The notes under the pieces were generated by a model, which had not been told where the DNA came from, did not search any database, and worked only from the letters and a program-made list of their open reading frames with translations. Positions 19,618 to 28,138 of a stretch of 64,000 nt of DNA are shown here, piece by piece. The stretch spans positions 233,625 through 297,624 of the forward strand of contig JAGVBB010000003.1 in assembly GCA_020059915.1 (NCBI GenBank), written 5' to 3'. Made by a program: the position numbers and the translations under genes. Position 1 is the stretch's first letter, and each line of letters opens with the position of its first letter. Origin of the DNA: Minisyncoccota bacterium. GTDB lineage: Bacteria > Patescibacteriota > Minisyncoccia > UBA6257 > GWB1-50-10.

Positions 19618-21294
19618 CTATTTTACCAAGTTCATCTTCCTTGAAAGCTGTCCGAATTTGGTCTGGATCATATAAATATATGTTCCAGATGAGATCCCTT
19701 CTCCATCAAAACGTATGGAGTGAACACCGCCGGAAAACTCTTGGTTTGTCAGCTGTTTTACTTCCCTACCAAGAATATCAAATATTGATATTCTTACCAA
19801 AGAATTTGCTGGTAAGGAGAACTGAATCAATGTACTTGGATTAAACGGATTTGGATAATTCTGCGCAAGTGAAAAATCACTTGGTACTTGATTATCCTCA
19901 ACTCCAGTAACTCCTACTGTCATAAAGTTTACAACCGAAGTATATTCAGAATAATTTGCTCCACTTTTACCACGCATTTTTAGATAATATGTGGTAGAAG
20001 GTGAAAGATTTGGAAGCGCATAAGGACTTGTTGAAATAATATATGTGTGTACATCGGCAGTAAATTCCGAGTTTTTTGCAATCATAATTTCATATTCCGA
20101 TGCGTTCCCAGTAAATGAGAGTACTGTTTGAATCGGATTGCCAGTACTATTATTCCCCGGTGTTCCTATAATTGGAACACTCAAAGTAACTTGTACTTTA
20201 ACTTTAAAGATATAAGTTTCACTCCAATCACTTTGAGGATTTTTAAATCTCCCGCGTAATTGGTAGTCCCCATCGGCTAATCCAGAAAATGTGTATGGTG
20301 ATATATTTGCAGATGGATTCTGCAGAACAGTTCCACTCATATTCATAAGCTGAAATTCAACCTCGCCACCAACCCAATTCAACGTAATTGAATTATCTGA
20401 TTCGCTCCTGCTATTAACAGTAAATATAGGAACTGATACAACCTGAGATGCGGTAGTAAAACTAAATGTTTCAGACCAATTATCACTCGACGTATCGTTG
20501 TTCCAACATCTTACTCTCCAGTCGTACTGCGTATTGTATGACAATGGCGCAGTAAGCGTTACAGAGGTGCTGGCGTTTTTTTGATCATAAATAATTGAAC
20601 CGTCCAATTTTTTCATAATCTGAAGCTGGTACAGAGTTGTGTTTGTAACACTCCCATAATCAAACCTCGGAGTAACACTCACATTTGTTGCACTATTTAT
20701 CGGTGCTGTAAGCGTTGAAACTCCTGGTTTCACTATTGTGCCACCACCATTACCATTACAGTTATCAATAAGCGTTTCTGTCACTCCATCAACAAGATAG
20801 ACCCCGTCAATGAATAAATTCCGTAACCCTGATTCATTTTGAACATATGAAAGATTTAGACGAATTTTATTAAAACTACCGTCTATTTCAGGAAATCTAA
20901 AACTCTTTCGATGAAATGCCAGACTTGAGCCGGTATTCTTTGATTCAACTTCAAGCGCAGAATTCATTACAACGTTATCACCATTCAATAATGTTACAGA
21001 AATTTGGACATCACCTAACGGATCGGGAATCATTATATTTGCAGATATCTTCGATCCTTTTGGAAACGTGACACTCTGTGATAATGCGACTTCCCATTTT
21101 GTATATCTATTTCCTGTCGCAACTGAGGTATTCATCCAAAACTTGAATGATTTTCCCTCCTGAGCGGTATCACTCAGTGCAACACCTTTGTCGGATAGAT
21201 TTTCATATCCGGTAAGCGTTGGTAGCGGTGACTGAGCAAAATTAAGAGTAGTGAATACTACAAAAAGTACTGCGAAAAGAACTATTCTTTTCAT
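19618..21294 (-). CDS. secreted Fn3-repeat protein with C-terminal T9SS-type (Por secretion tail-like) sorting domain
   Basis: Signal peptide and several Fn3-like repeats. The last ~80 aa, NYPNPFNPSTLIQFSLPANSLVRISIFDILGREVKQL...GTYIYMIQT, fit the Por_Secre_tail / T9SS CTD pattern. Confidence 0.6.
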   Translation of the reverse strand: MKRIVLFAVLFVVFTTLNFAQSPLPTLTGYENLSDKGVALSDTAQEGKSFKFWMNTSVATGNRYTKWEVALSQSVTFPKGSKISANIMIPDPLGDVQISVTLLNGDNVVMNSALEVESKNTGSSLAFHRKSFRFPEIDGSFNKIRLNLSYVQNESGLRNLFIDGVYLVDGVTETLIDNCNGNGGGTIVKPGVSTLTAPINSATNVSVTPRFDYGSVTNTTLYQLQIMKKLDGSIIYDQKNASTSVTLTAPLSYNTQYDWRVRCWNNDTSSDNWSETFSFTTASQVVSVPIFTVNSRSESDNSITLNWVGGEVEFQLMNMSGTVLQNPSANISPYTFSGLADGDYQLRGRFKNPQSDWSETYIFKVKVQVTLSVPIIGTPGNNSTGNPIQTVLSFTGNASEYEIMIAKNSEFTADVHTYIISTSPYALPNLSPSTTYYLKMRGKSGANYSEYTSVVNFMTVGVTGVEDNQVPSDFSLAQNYPNPFNPSTLIQFSLPANSLVRISIFDILGREVKQLTNQEFSGGVHSIRFDGEGISSGTYIYMIQTKFGQLSRKMNLVK

Positions 21295-21457
21295 GATTTT
21301 CTCCTTTTATTTAAGTTATTAAAGATAGTTAGATTGTACCGTAAAAACATAGAAAAGTCAATCCCTATGCCTTTTATTATAGAATAGCCGGGATTGACAA
21401 AACATTAAATATATAATACAATGTTTTTATCTTTAAATAATTTAATAGGAGAAAGAA

Positions 21458-21835
21458 ATGAATAGGATCGTCACCATTGTCATTGGAGTTCTTGTACTTT
21501 TAGGAATTTTTGCAGCCGCAATATATTTTCTTGATTCCCCCACTACTAAGGTTGAACCAAAAAATAAGGTTGAGACTGTTAAAAAAGTAAGCCCATCAAT
21601 TAGAAAACAGCTTGATAATCACGAAAAAGAAATACAAGCTGGCAAAAAAAAGGATAAAGAACAAGATTTTCGATTAAACAAACACGCAGAAGCAATAAGC
21701 GATCTCGAACAGCGCCTCAACGAACTAAAAACCGATTCATCTTCTACACGTTCTGATTCTTCTTCTGAAAAAAAGAGTAAAATTCGGAAATATACCAAGG
21801 GCTGGGACTTTAAAGACTTCCCAGAAAACTGGTAA
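21458..21835 (+). CDS. membrane-anchored coiled-coil protein
   Basis: N-terminal TM plus a charged, Ser-rich tail; terminator hairpin at 21842-21862. Confidence 0.5.
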   Translation: MNRIVTIVIGVLVLLGIFAAAIYFLDSPTTKVEPKNKVETVKKVSPSIRKQLDNHEKEIQAGKKKDKEQDFRLNKHAEAISDLEQRLNELKTDSSSTRSDSSSEKKSKIRKYTKGWDFKDFPENW

Positions 21836-21935
21836 AAATGTTATTCAGATTCCCCGCTCCGCGGGGAATTATTTTAACTTGACTTTTCTATATATTTGTG
21901 TATAATATTTACATCATTAACAAAGGAGAATACTA

Positions 21936-22598
21936 ATGAAAACTATAAAGGTTTTCGTACTTTTGCTTATATTTACCGCTCCCATTCTGGCACAGGTTGC
22001 CGTGATGGCAGATGTTTCTGGTACTCCATTTTCAAATACTCCTGAAAAGTTTTCTACGTGGAAACTTCAGGTTCGCGTGGGAGTCACAGAAGATTTATCA
22101 CTTACCGGGATGTTCCGCTCCTCACGGAGCAGAACAGTGAGCGTCCCAATCTCTAACGCAAGTCCGTCTGATGCGGGACTAGTCGGTATTTATTATCGGC
22201 TAAATCCGTTTTTCCGAGTTGGTGTTTCTGGGGGACTTCAGACAAGACAGGATGTTGATAAAAAAGATCTTGGTTGGATAATTGGAGGAGATTTATTTTT
22301 AGGTATGGTTTCTACCAAAAACTATTATTTAAAAAAACAAGTTTTTGGATACGTCCACATTGAAAAAGGTCAGTGGGATACAAAGCCCTATATTGATGCT
22401 CGCGCAATGTTTCCTATTATGGATCTTGTCGCCGTTGGTGGAAAATATGAATCAGACCTCGGGTCCGGCCCACATTTGGAGATTAAAATTCCTCTCGCAG
22501 ATCAAGAAGAAATGAAAGCTATATATGTATATGGCACATACTTCTTCAGTGGAGAAATAAAAACTCCCGTCATAGGAGTCCGAATTGCGGTTAATTAG
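21936..22598 (+). CDS. secreted beta-strand-rich protein (possible beta-barrel)
   Basis: Signal peptide ending ...ILAQVA, with an alternating hydrophobic pattern throughout. Confidence 0.45.
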   Translation: MKTIKVFVLLLIFTAPILAQVAVMADVSGTPFSNTPEKFSTWKLQVRVGVTEDLSLTGMFRSSRSRTVSVPISNASPSDAGLVGIYYRLNPFFRVGVSGGLQTRQDVDKKDLGWIIGGDLFLGMVSTKNYYLKKQVFGYVHIEKGQWDTKPYIDARAMFPIMDLVAVGGKYESDLGSGPHLEIKIPLADQEEMKAIYVYGTYFFSGEIKTPVIGVRIAVN

Positions 22599-22636
22599 AT
22601 ATTCTGCCCCCATATGGGGGCTTTTTATTACGTAAA
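22599..22636. terminator. bidirectional terminator hairpin GCCCCCATATGGGGGC
   Basis: Lies between convergent 21936..22598 (+) and uvrB (-). Confidence 0.7.
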
Positions 22637-24709
22637 TTATTTATCAGAAAAATGTTTTCGTGCTTTTTCTTTTTCCTCTTTATTCTTTTTTGTTGTTTGT
22701 TGTTTGTAGTTGGTGGTAAGTTGTTTTATCTCATCTCGCAGTAATGTTGCCAACTCAAAATTCAATTCTTCCGCTGCCTCTTTCATTTCGCGCTCTTTTT
22801 CTTTCAATAGCTGTTCTATCCCCTTCTTTGTCTTTGGAGCACCACGCAATTCAATCTCTGCAATTTTTTCTGTCGGCAAAATATCTTTTATCTCCTTAAT
22901 AATTGTCCTTGGAGTGACATTATTTTTTTTGTTATATGCTAACTGAATCTTTCTTCTTCTCTCAGTCTCACGAATTGCGCGCTCCAATGATCCAGTAACT
23001 TGATCTGCATACATAATAACCTCACCACGAATATTTCTTGCTGCACGCCCTATTGTTTGAATGAGTGAGGTCTCGCTTCTCAAAAACCCTTCTTTGTCTG
23101 CATCCAAAATTGCAACCAGTTCAACTTCAGGAAGATCAAGCCCTTCTCGAAGAAGGTTTACCCCAACCAAAACATCAATGGTACCTCGTCGTAAGTCAGT
23201 AAGAATCTTTATTCTATCAAGTGTTTTAACATCACTATGAAGGTATGAGACTTTCATCTGCTTTTCCTCCAAGAAATGTGAAAGATCTTCTGCCATACGT
23301 TTGGTAAGTGTTGTTATCAATACACGAGGTTTTATCCCATCGTCATTAGGTTGTCTTTTTTCTATATGACTGATGAGGTCCTGAACCTGCCCACGAGCAG
23401 AACGAATAGTGACCTTTGGGTCTACAAGCCCTGTTGGACGAATAATCTGTTCAACAATCTGCCCCTCTTTCCTAGATTTTTTTCTTTCAAATTCTGCAGG
23501 TGTTGCGGAAACATAAATTGTCTTATCTGTGCGCTGTTCAAATTCCTTAAAATTAAGTGGTCTGTTATCCGCCGCAGATGGGAGACGAAAACCAAACTCA
23601 ATTAATGTTTTTTTGCGAGCGGCATCTCCTGCGTACATCCCTGCTATTTGTGGTACGGTCACGTGCGATTCATCTATTATCGTGATAAAATCTGCCTTTC
23701 CTTTTTTGTCTTTAGGAAAATAATCAAGCAATGTGTCTGGTGGTTCCCCTGATGCACGACCGGAAAGGTGTCGGGAATAGTTTTCTATGCCGTTGCAATA
23801 CCCTATTTCATCAATCATCGCACAATCAAATTTTGTTCTTCGTTCCAATCGTTCTGCTTCCAGTAATTTTCCTTCACGCTCAAATTTTGCAAGTTGTTCC
23901 TTTAATTCTTTCTTTATTTCCTTGATTGCTTTTTTCCTTGTATCCGTTTTTGTAATAAAATGTTTTGCTGGAGGAATAAACACCGCCTTAAGTTCTGGAG
24001 TCTCGCCACGAACAAATCCCTGAACAGGATTTATCTCATAAATTTTCTGAATAATTCCATCATGTATTTCAAATGAATAAATAACCTCCCTATCAGTGGG
24101 CATAATTTCCCATTGATCTCCCCGTACACGGAATGTTCCACGTTTTAAATCGGACGTTGTCCGAGAAAACTGTAATTCCACTAATTGTTTTATCAGCTGA
24201 GTCCTATTTACCGCCCCCCCTTCTTCAAAATGAAAAATATGTTCCTTATATACTTCTGGGGTTCCCAATCCATAAATACAAGATACTGAGGCAACAACAA
24301 TGACATCACGCCGAGTAAGCAGTGCAGTTGTTGCCGCATGACGAAGTTTGTCAATTTCTTCGTTAATCATCGCTTCCTTATCAATATAGGTATCCGATGT
24401 TGGAATATATGCTTCTGGTTGGTAATAGTCATAATAAGAAACAAAATAATGAACCGCGTTATGGGGAAATAATTCTCGAAGCTCATTACATAGCTGTGCG
24501 GCAAGGGTTTTATTGTGTGCAATGACAAGTGCGGGAGTATCAAGCTCCGCAATAACATGCGCAACAGTAAATGTTTTTCCCGATCCGGTAACGCCAAGCA
24601 GTGTCTGTGATTTCATCCCTTTTTTGAAACCAGAAACAAGCGATGTAATCGCCTGTGGCTGGTCCCCCGCGGGCTTGTTATTACTAACTAATTGAAACAG
24701 TTTTGGCAT
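22637..24709 (-). CDS. uvrB: excinuclease ABC subunit B
   Basis: GVTGSGKTFT Walker A, YYDYYQPEAY beta-hairpin motif, helicase motifs and C-terminal UVR domain; 690 aa. Confidence 0.9.
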   Translation of the reverse strand: MPKLFQLVSNNKPAGDQPQAITSLVSGFKKGMKSQTLLGVTGSGKTFTVAHVIAELDTPALVIAHNKTLAAQLCNELRELFPHNAVHYFVSYYDYYQPEAYIPTSDTYIDKEAMINEEIDKLRHAATTALLTRRDVIVVASVSCIYGLGTPEVYKEHIFHFEEGGAVNRTQLIKQLVELQFSRTTSDLKRGTFRVRGDQWEIMPTDREVIYSFEIHDGIIQKIYEINPVQGFVRGETPELKAVFIPPAKHFITKTDTRKKAIKEIKKELKEQLAKFEREGKLLEAERLERRTKFDCAMIDEIGYCNGIENYSRHLSGRASGEPPDTLLDYFPKDKKGKADFITIIDESHVTVPQIAGMYAGDAARKKTLIEFGFRLPSAADNRPLNFKEFEQRTDKTIYVSATPAEFERKKSRKEGQIVEQIIRPTGLVDPKVTIRSARGQVQDLISHIEKRQPNDDGIKPRVLITTLTKRMAEDLSHFLEEKQMKVSYLHSDVKTLDRIKILTDLRRGTIDVLVGVNLLREGLDLPEVELVAILDADKEGFLRSETSLIQTIGRAARNIRGEVIMYADQVTGSLERAIRETERRRKIQLAYNKKNNVTPRTIIKEIKDILPTEKIAEIELRGAPKTKKGIEQLLKEKEREMKEAAEELNFELATLLRDEIKQLTTNYKQQTTKKNKEEKEKARKHFSDK

Positions 24710-24760
24710 GGATAATTAAGAACCATCAGTTACTACCTATACCCTAGATTGAATTTCAGA

Positions 24761-25192
24761 TCAGAAGGTAATTGGAATACTAACCGATGCATCATGTTCA
24801 GGCAAACCAGATGGATTATCTTTTTTGAAAATAAGTAACCCCCCTTCCCCACTCTTCTGTTTTGGAAATATAAGTTCAGAAGAAAACGGAACATATTGTT
24901 CGGTCATCCATTCCCCTCCCGCTTGTGCAATTCCCGATGCAATGATATCTCCGTGTTTATTTTCCAAAATAATTGGAAACGACGCCTCAAAAAACCAATA
25001 TCCTTTTGCTTTCCCACGGACCACCATCGGACTCTGAATGCGCGAATTCATTTGGGGAGATTCAACAATAACTTCCGAAAATTCTTCTTGGTAGGGCATA
25101 TTGGTTCTATATTCTATAAGTTTGAAGATACCAAAAACACAAATGCCAGCACATATACCATAAATTACATATAGTATTATTTTTTTCATCAA
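24761..25192 (-). CDS. Gmad2 (bacterial Ig-like, spore-germination-related) domain protein
   Basis: N-terminal TM, then VVRGKAKGYWFFEASFPIILENKHGDIIASGIAQAGGEWMT typical of the Gmad2 domain. Confidence 0.55.
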   Translation of the reverse strand: MMKKIILYVIYGICAGICVFGIFKLIEYRTNMPYQEEFSEVIVESPQMNSRIQSPMVVRGKAKGYWFFEASFPIILENKHGDIIASGIAQAGGEWMTEQYVPFSSELIFPKQKSGEGGLLIFKKDNPSGLPEHDASVSIPITF

Positions 25193-25410
25193 TTTGGAAT
25201 TTCAAAGATTTTCTCTTTTGATCTGTGTCCAGAAAGCAATTCAATTTCTGATTTGCTTATATGGAAATGGGAAGCAAGCAATGCTATTACATCATTATTT
25301 GCCTTTCCCTCTTTTGCTGGTTTTGTTGTTTTTATTCTAAAACAACGCTCACCGAGTACAACCACTTCACTCTTTTTTGCCTGAGCATCCACACGAACAA
25401 GTATTTTCAT
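25189..25410 (-). CDS. DUF167 / YggU family protein
   Basis: 73 aa with KILVRVDAQAKKSEVV...NNDVIALLASHFHISKSEIELLSGHRSKEK, matching the UPF0235 family. Confidence 0.6.
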   Translation of the reverse strand: MKILVRVDAQAKKSEVVVLGERCFRIKTTKPAKEGKANNDVIALLASHFHISKSEIELLSGHRSKEKIFEIPN

Positions 25411-26357
25411 TAGAAAACCGGCTTTATGCCAACGTTGTTCTGTTTGAAGAAATCTTTATCAATAGTTCTGTCAAAACAAACCTGCCCCCTGTCATGCTTC
25501 CACGAAGTGTTTCCACGAAATCCACCGAGATAATAGTCGTCTCGCCCCCCGTCGGACGTTGTTGCAAATATTGCACACAATACAAATGTTTCGTTTCCCT
25601 TTGTGCCATATCCATATTCTTTATTTGTTTCCGGATCTTTTGGAATCAAGATTCCACGAAGATTATCGTTCAACTGCGAAAGATTCTCTGGTAATTCTCC
25701 TTTGTTCTGCCAATATTCAATAACAGAACTCTGAATCATGGAAAGATCGCTAACGCGTTGATCATCAATTTTTCTTTTTCGTGCCTCAAATGGAGAACCT
25801 GTTACAAAAATTCCTCCAACAATTGCAATAAGAACAAATATGGAAACAATATATCCAACATATCGTGTTATTTCTTTGGTGGTTTCCTTTATTTCATTTC
25901 GATAATACCAGAACACTAACAGGGCAACTATTAATACAGAAAATATTTTAAGGGTGAATTTAAGGGTAAGATCGCCATTTAAGAAGTTGTAGATTAAAGT
26001 AATAAAATCAGTTGCTATAACCAAGGCGGCAATAAACAGAGTAAAATGTAATAACCACTTACGGATTGATAATCGTTTGCGTGATTCATCAATTTTATAC
26101 TCTACAGCAAGTGTGCGTACCGTCCATAAAAACATTGGGAAAAACACAATAAGTGCAGCAATCGCCCCCCGCGCCGTTCCATTATATCGATATGAATTGT
26201 AATAATTCGCAATTGCATCAGGAATCAGAATATTTATCATTTGGAACAATAGCGTAAGTAATGCAATAACACTCCCATATAACGCGATAATGGATATAAG
26301 TTGCAAAAAAATGTCTTTCGGAGACGCTTTTGCTTGGATACTAGTTGAGTCACTCAT
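25410..26357 (-). CDS. multi-pass membrane protein, unknown function
   Basis: About five TM helices, then a C-terminal soluble domain. Confidence 0.5.
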   Translation of the reverse strand: MSDSTSIQAKASPKDIFLQLISIIALYGSVIALLTLLFQMINILIPDAIANYYNSYRYNGTARGAIAALIVFFPMFLWTVRTLAVEYKIDESRKRLSIRKWLLHFTLFIAALVIATDFITLIYNFLNGDLTLKFTLKIFSVLIVALLVFWYYRNEIKETTKEITRYVGYIVSIFVLIAIVGGIFVTGSPFEARKRKIDDQRVSDLSMIQSSVIEYWQNKGELPENLSQLNDNLRGILIPKDPETNKEYGYGTKGNETFVLCAIFATTSDGGRDDYYLGGFRGNTSWKHDRGQVCFDRTIDKDFFKQNNVGIKPVF

Positions 26358-26379
26358 ATATATAGTATAGAGGATTCTC

Positions 26380-27081
26380 TTATACTTTCAAAACCACCAA
26401 ATTAAAAACATCTATGAAATAACTGCCAAATAGAAGCAGGAAAAGAACAGCCAAAAGAAACGGGGTGCCCAAAGTCGTGTACTGTTGTTTCAAAAAAATT
26501 AGGCGAACAAGAGAAACGATGATAACAGAAAGAAACACAAGGGGGACAAAAATAACAAACAACGGCCATCCGACAATAAGGGCAGACAAAAAACCCAACT
26601 CAACTTCACCCTCCTCAAAAAATCTTTCAGTCCTCTTTTTCAATAATTTGAGAAATATATAAAATATATATGCAACAAAAATGGAAATAATAACAGAAAG
26701 CCAAAATCTTCCCCAAGAATAAAAAAGGAAATATCCAAATTTATTAGTAAATAACCAACCAAAATATTTCATTCCATCAATGGGGAGATCTTTTGAAAGT
26801 GGCGCAGTAAGAAAATAACTCCCCATTCCTCCCTCATTCCATAAGGAATATTGTAAATACATTAATAATCCAGCATGCGCTATACGACCACCAATCGCAT
26901 ATATGATTAAGTTGCGAAACGATAACAATGATTCTCTTGCAATAAATTTTTTTCGCAAAAAATATCTAACACAAGCAAAAAGAAAAATAACCCAAAGTAC
27001 AATGGGTAATATGTATGCAGAAAGAAAAATTAAAAAGGAATGTAAAGATTCAAAATGTTCCATGGTGACCAGTGTCCACAC
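26380..27081 (-). CDS. multi-pass membrane protein, unknown function
   Basis: 233 aa, very hydrophobic with 6-7 predicted helices. Confidence 0.5.
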   Translation of the reverse strand: MWTLVTMEHFESLHSFLIFLSAYILPIVLWVIFLFACVRYFLRKKFIARESLLSFRNLIIYAIGGRIAHAGLLMYLQYSLWNEGGMGSYFLTAPLSKDLPIDGMKYFGWLFTNKFGYFLFYSWGRFWLSVIISIFVAYIFYIFLKLLKKRTERFFEEGEVELGFLSALIVGWPLFVIFVPLVFLSVIIVSLVRLIFLKQQYTTLGTPFLLAVLFLLLFGSYFIDVFNLVVLKV

Positions 27082-27084
27082 ATC

Positions 27085-28116
27085 CTAAACAGTGTTAATG
27101 GGAGATTTTGACAAGAATGCGGTAATATTACGTATTGTCGTTTGTAGTATCCTCCCCAAAGCTTCCTGTGTATTGAATGCCGTATGTGGAGTAATAAATA
27201 CATTTGGCATATTCATTAATCGATGATTCGCAAGTATTAATTTTAAATCTTCTGCTTTTGCTCCCTTTTTACTAAAGAACTGCATCTCGTCTTTTGTCTG
27301 CTCTTCGTCTTCCAAAACATCAAGTGCGGCCGCCGCAATTCTCCCATCAAGCAACGCCTCAATAAGGGCAAATGTTTCAATAATCCCCCCTCGTGCAGTA
27401 TTTATTAAGTACGCTCCCTTTTTCAGAAAACGCATCGATTCTTTGTTTAACAAGTGCTTGGTTGAATCATTGAGAGAACAATGAATTGTCACTATATCCG
27501 CAATTTTCAATCCTTCTTCAAGTGAAACATAGGAAAATCCAAGTTTTGTAGCAAGTTCCGGCTTTGGTTTTGGATCATACGCAATGACGTTCATATCAAA
27601 CCCCTTTGCAATTGTTATTGCATGGGTTCCTATCCTTCCCGTTCCGATAACTAATATCGTTTTTCCACCAATATCTATTCCTCGCAATCGTTTATATGAC
27701 AATGATTCTGTTTCTTTCACCTGATCAATCGCATCAAAAATCTTTCTTGTCATGGTGAGTAACAACCCAAAAGCAAACTCAGCAACAGTATTGTCTCCAT
27801 ATCCTGGAACATTAGAAACTACTATTCCCCGTTTTTTACATGCTTCTAGATCAATATGATCATATCCTGTTGAACGGGTTGCGATAAATTTTAAATTGGG
27901 AAAATAAGAAAGTGTTTTTTCGTTAATTACTGAATCAACAAAAATACAAATAGCATCAAAATCTGCTTGTGCAGGAATTTTTCCCTCCTCAATTTTATCA
28001 TTAGAAAATCTACACTCCGGACCAACAATTGTTTCTCGAATAACCTTCTCTTCCCATCCTTCGAGTTCAAAGAAACCAATTTTCATATATTCATTGTACC
28101 ATAAAAATACCCCCAC
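27085..28116 (-). CDS. D-isomer-specific 2-hydroxyacid dehydrogenase (NAD-binding)
   Basis: Rossmann GxGxxG (VIGTGRIGTHAITIAKGFDMNVIAYD) plus the catalytic R...E...H arrangement. The true start is probably M11 (near 28086). Confidence 0.85.
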   Translation of the reverse strand: MGVFLWYNEYMKIGFFELEGWEEKVIRETIVGPECRFSNDKIEEGKIPAQADFDAICIFVDSVINEKTLSYFPNLKFIATRSTGYDHIDLEACKKRGIVVSNVPGYGDNTVAEFAFGLLLTMTRKIFDAIDQVKETESLSYKRLRGIDIGGKTILVIGTGRIGTHAITIAKGFDMNVIAYDPKPKPELATKLGFSYVSLEEGLKIADIVTIHCSLNDSTKHLLNKESMRFLKKGAYLINTARGGIIETFALIEALLDGRIAAAALDVLEDEEQTKDEMQFFSKKGAKAEDLKLILANHRLMNMPNVFITPHTAFNTQEALGRILQTTIRNITAFLSKSPINTV

Positions 28117-28138
28117 TTATCAGCAGGGGTATTTTTAT

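Noticed and set aside
26380-27081. Considered a prepilin peptidase (A24) assignment for the 233-aa polytopic membrane protein
   Set aside because: The conserved catalytic Asp-containing motifs of A24 peptidases were not found; left as unknown membrane protein.
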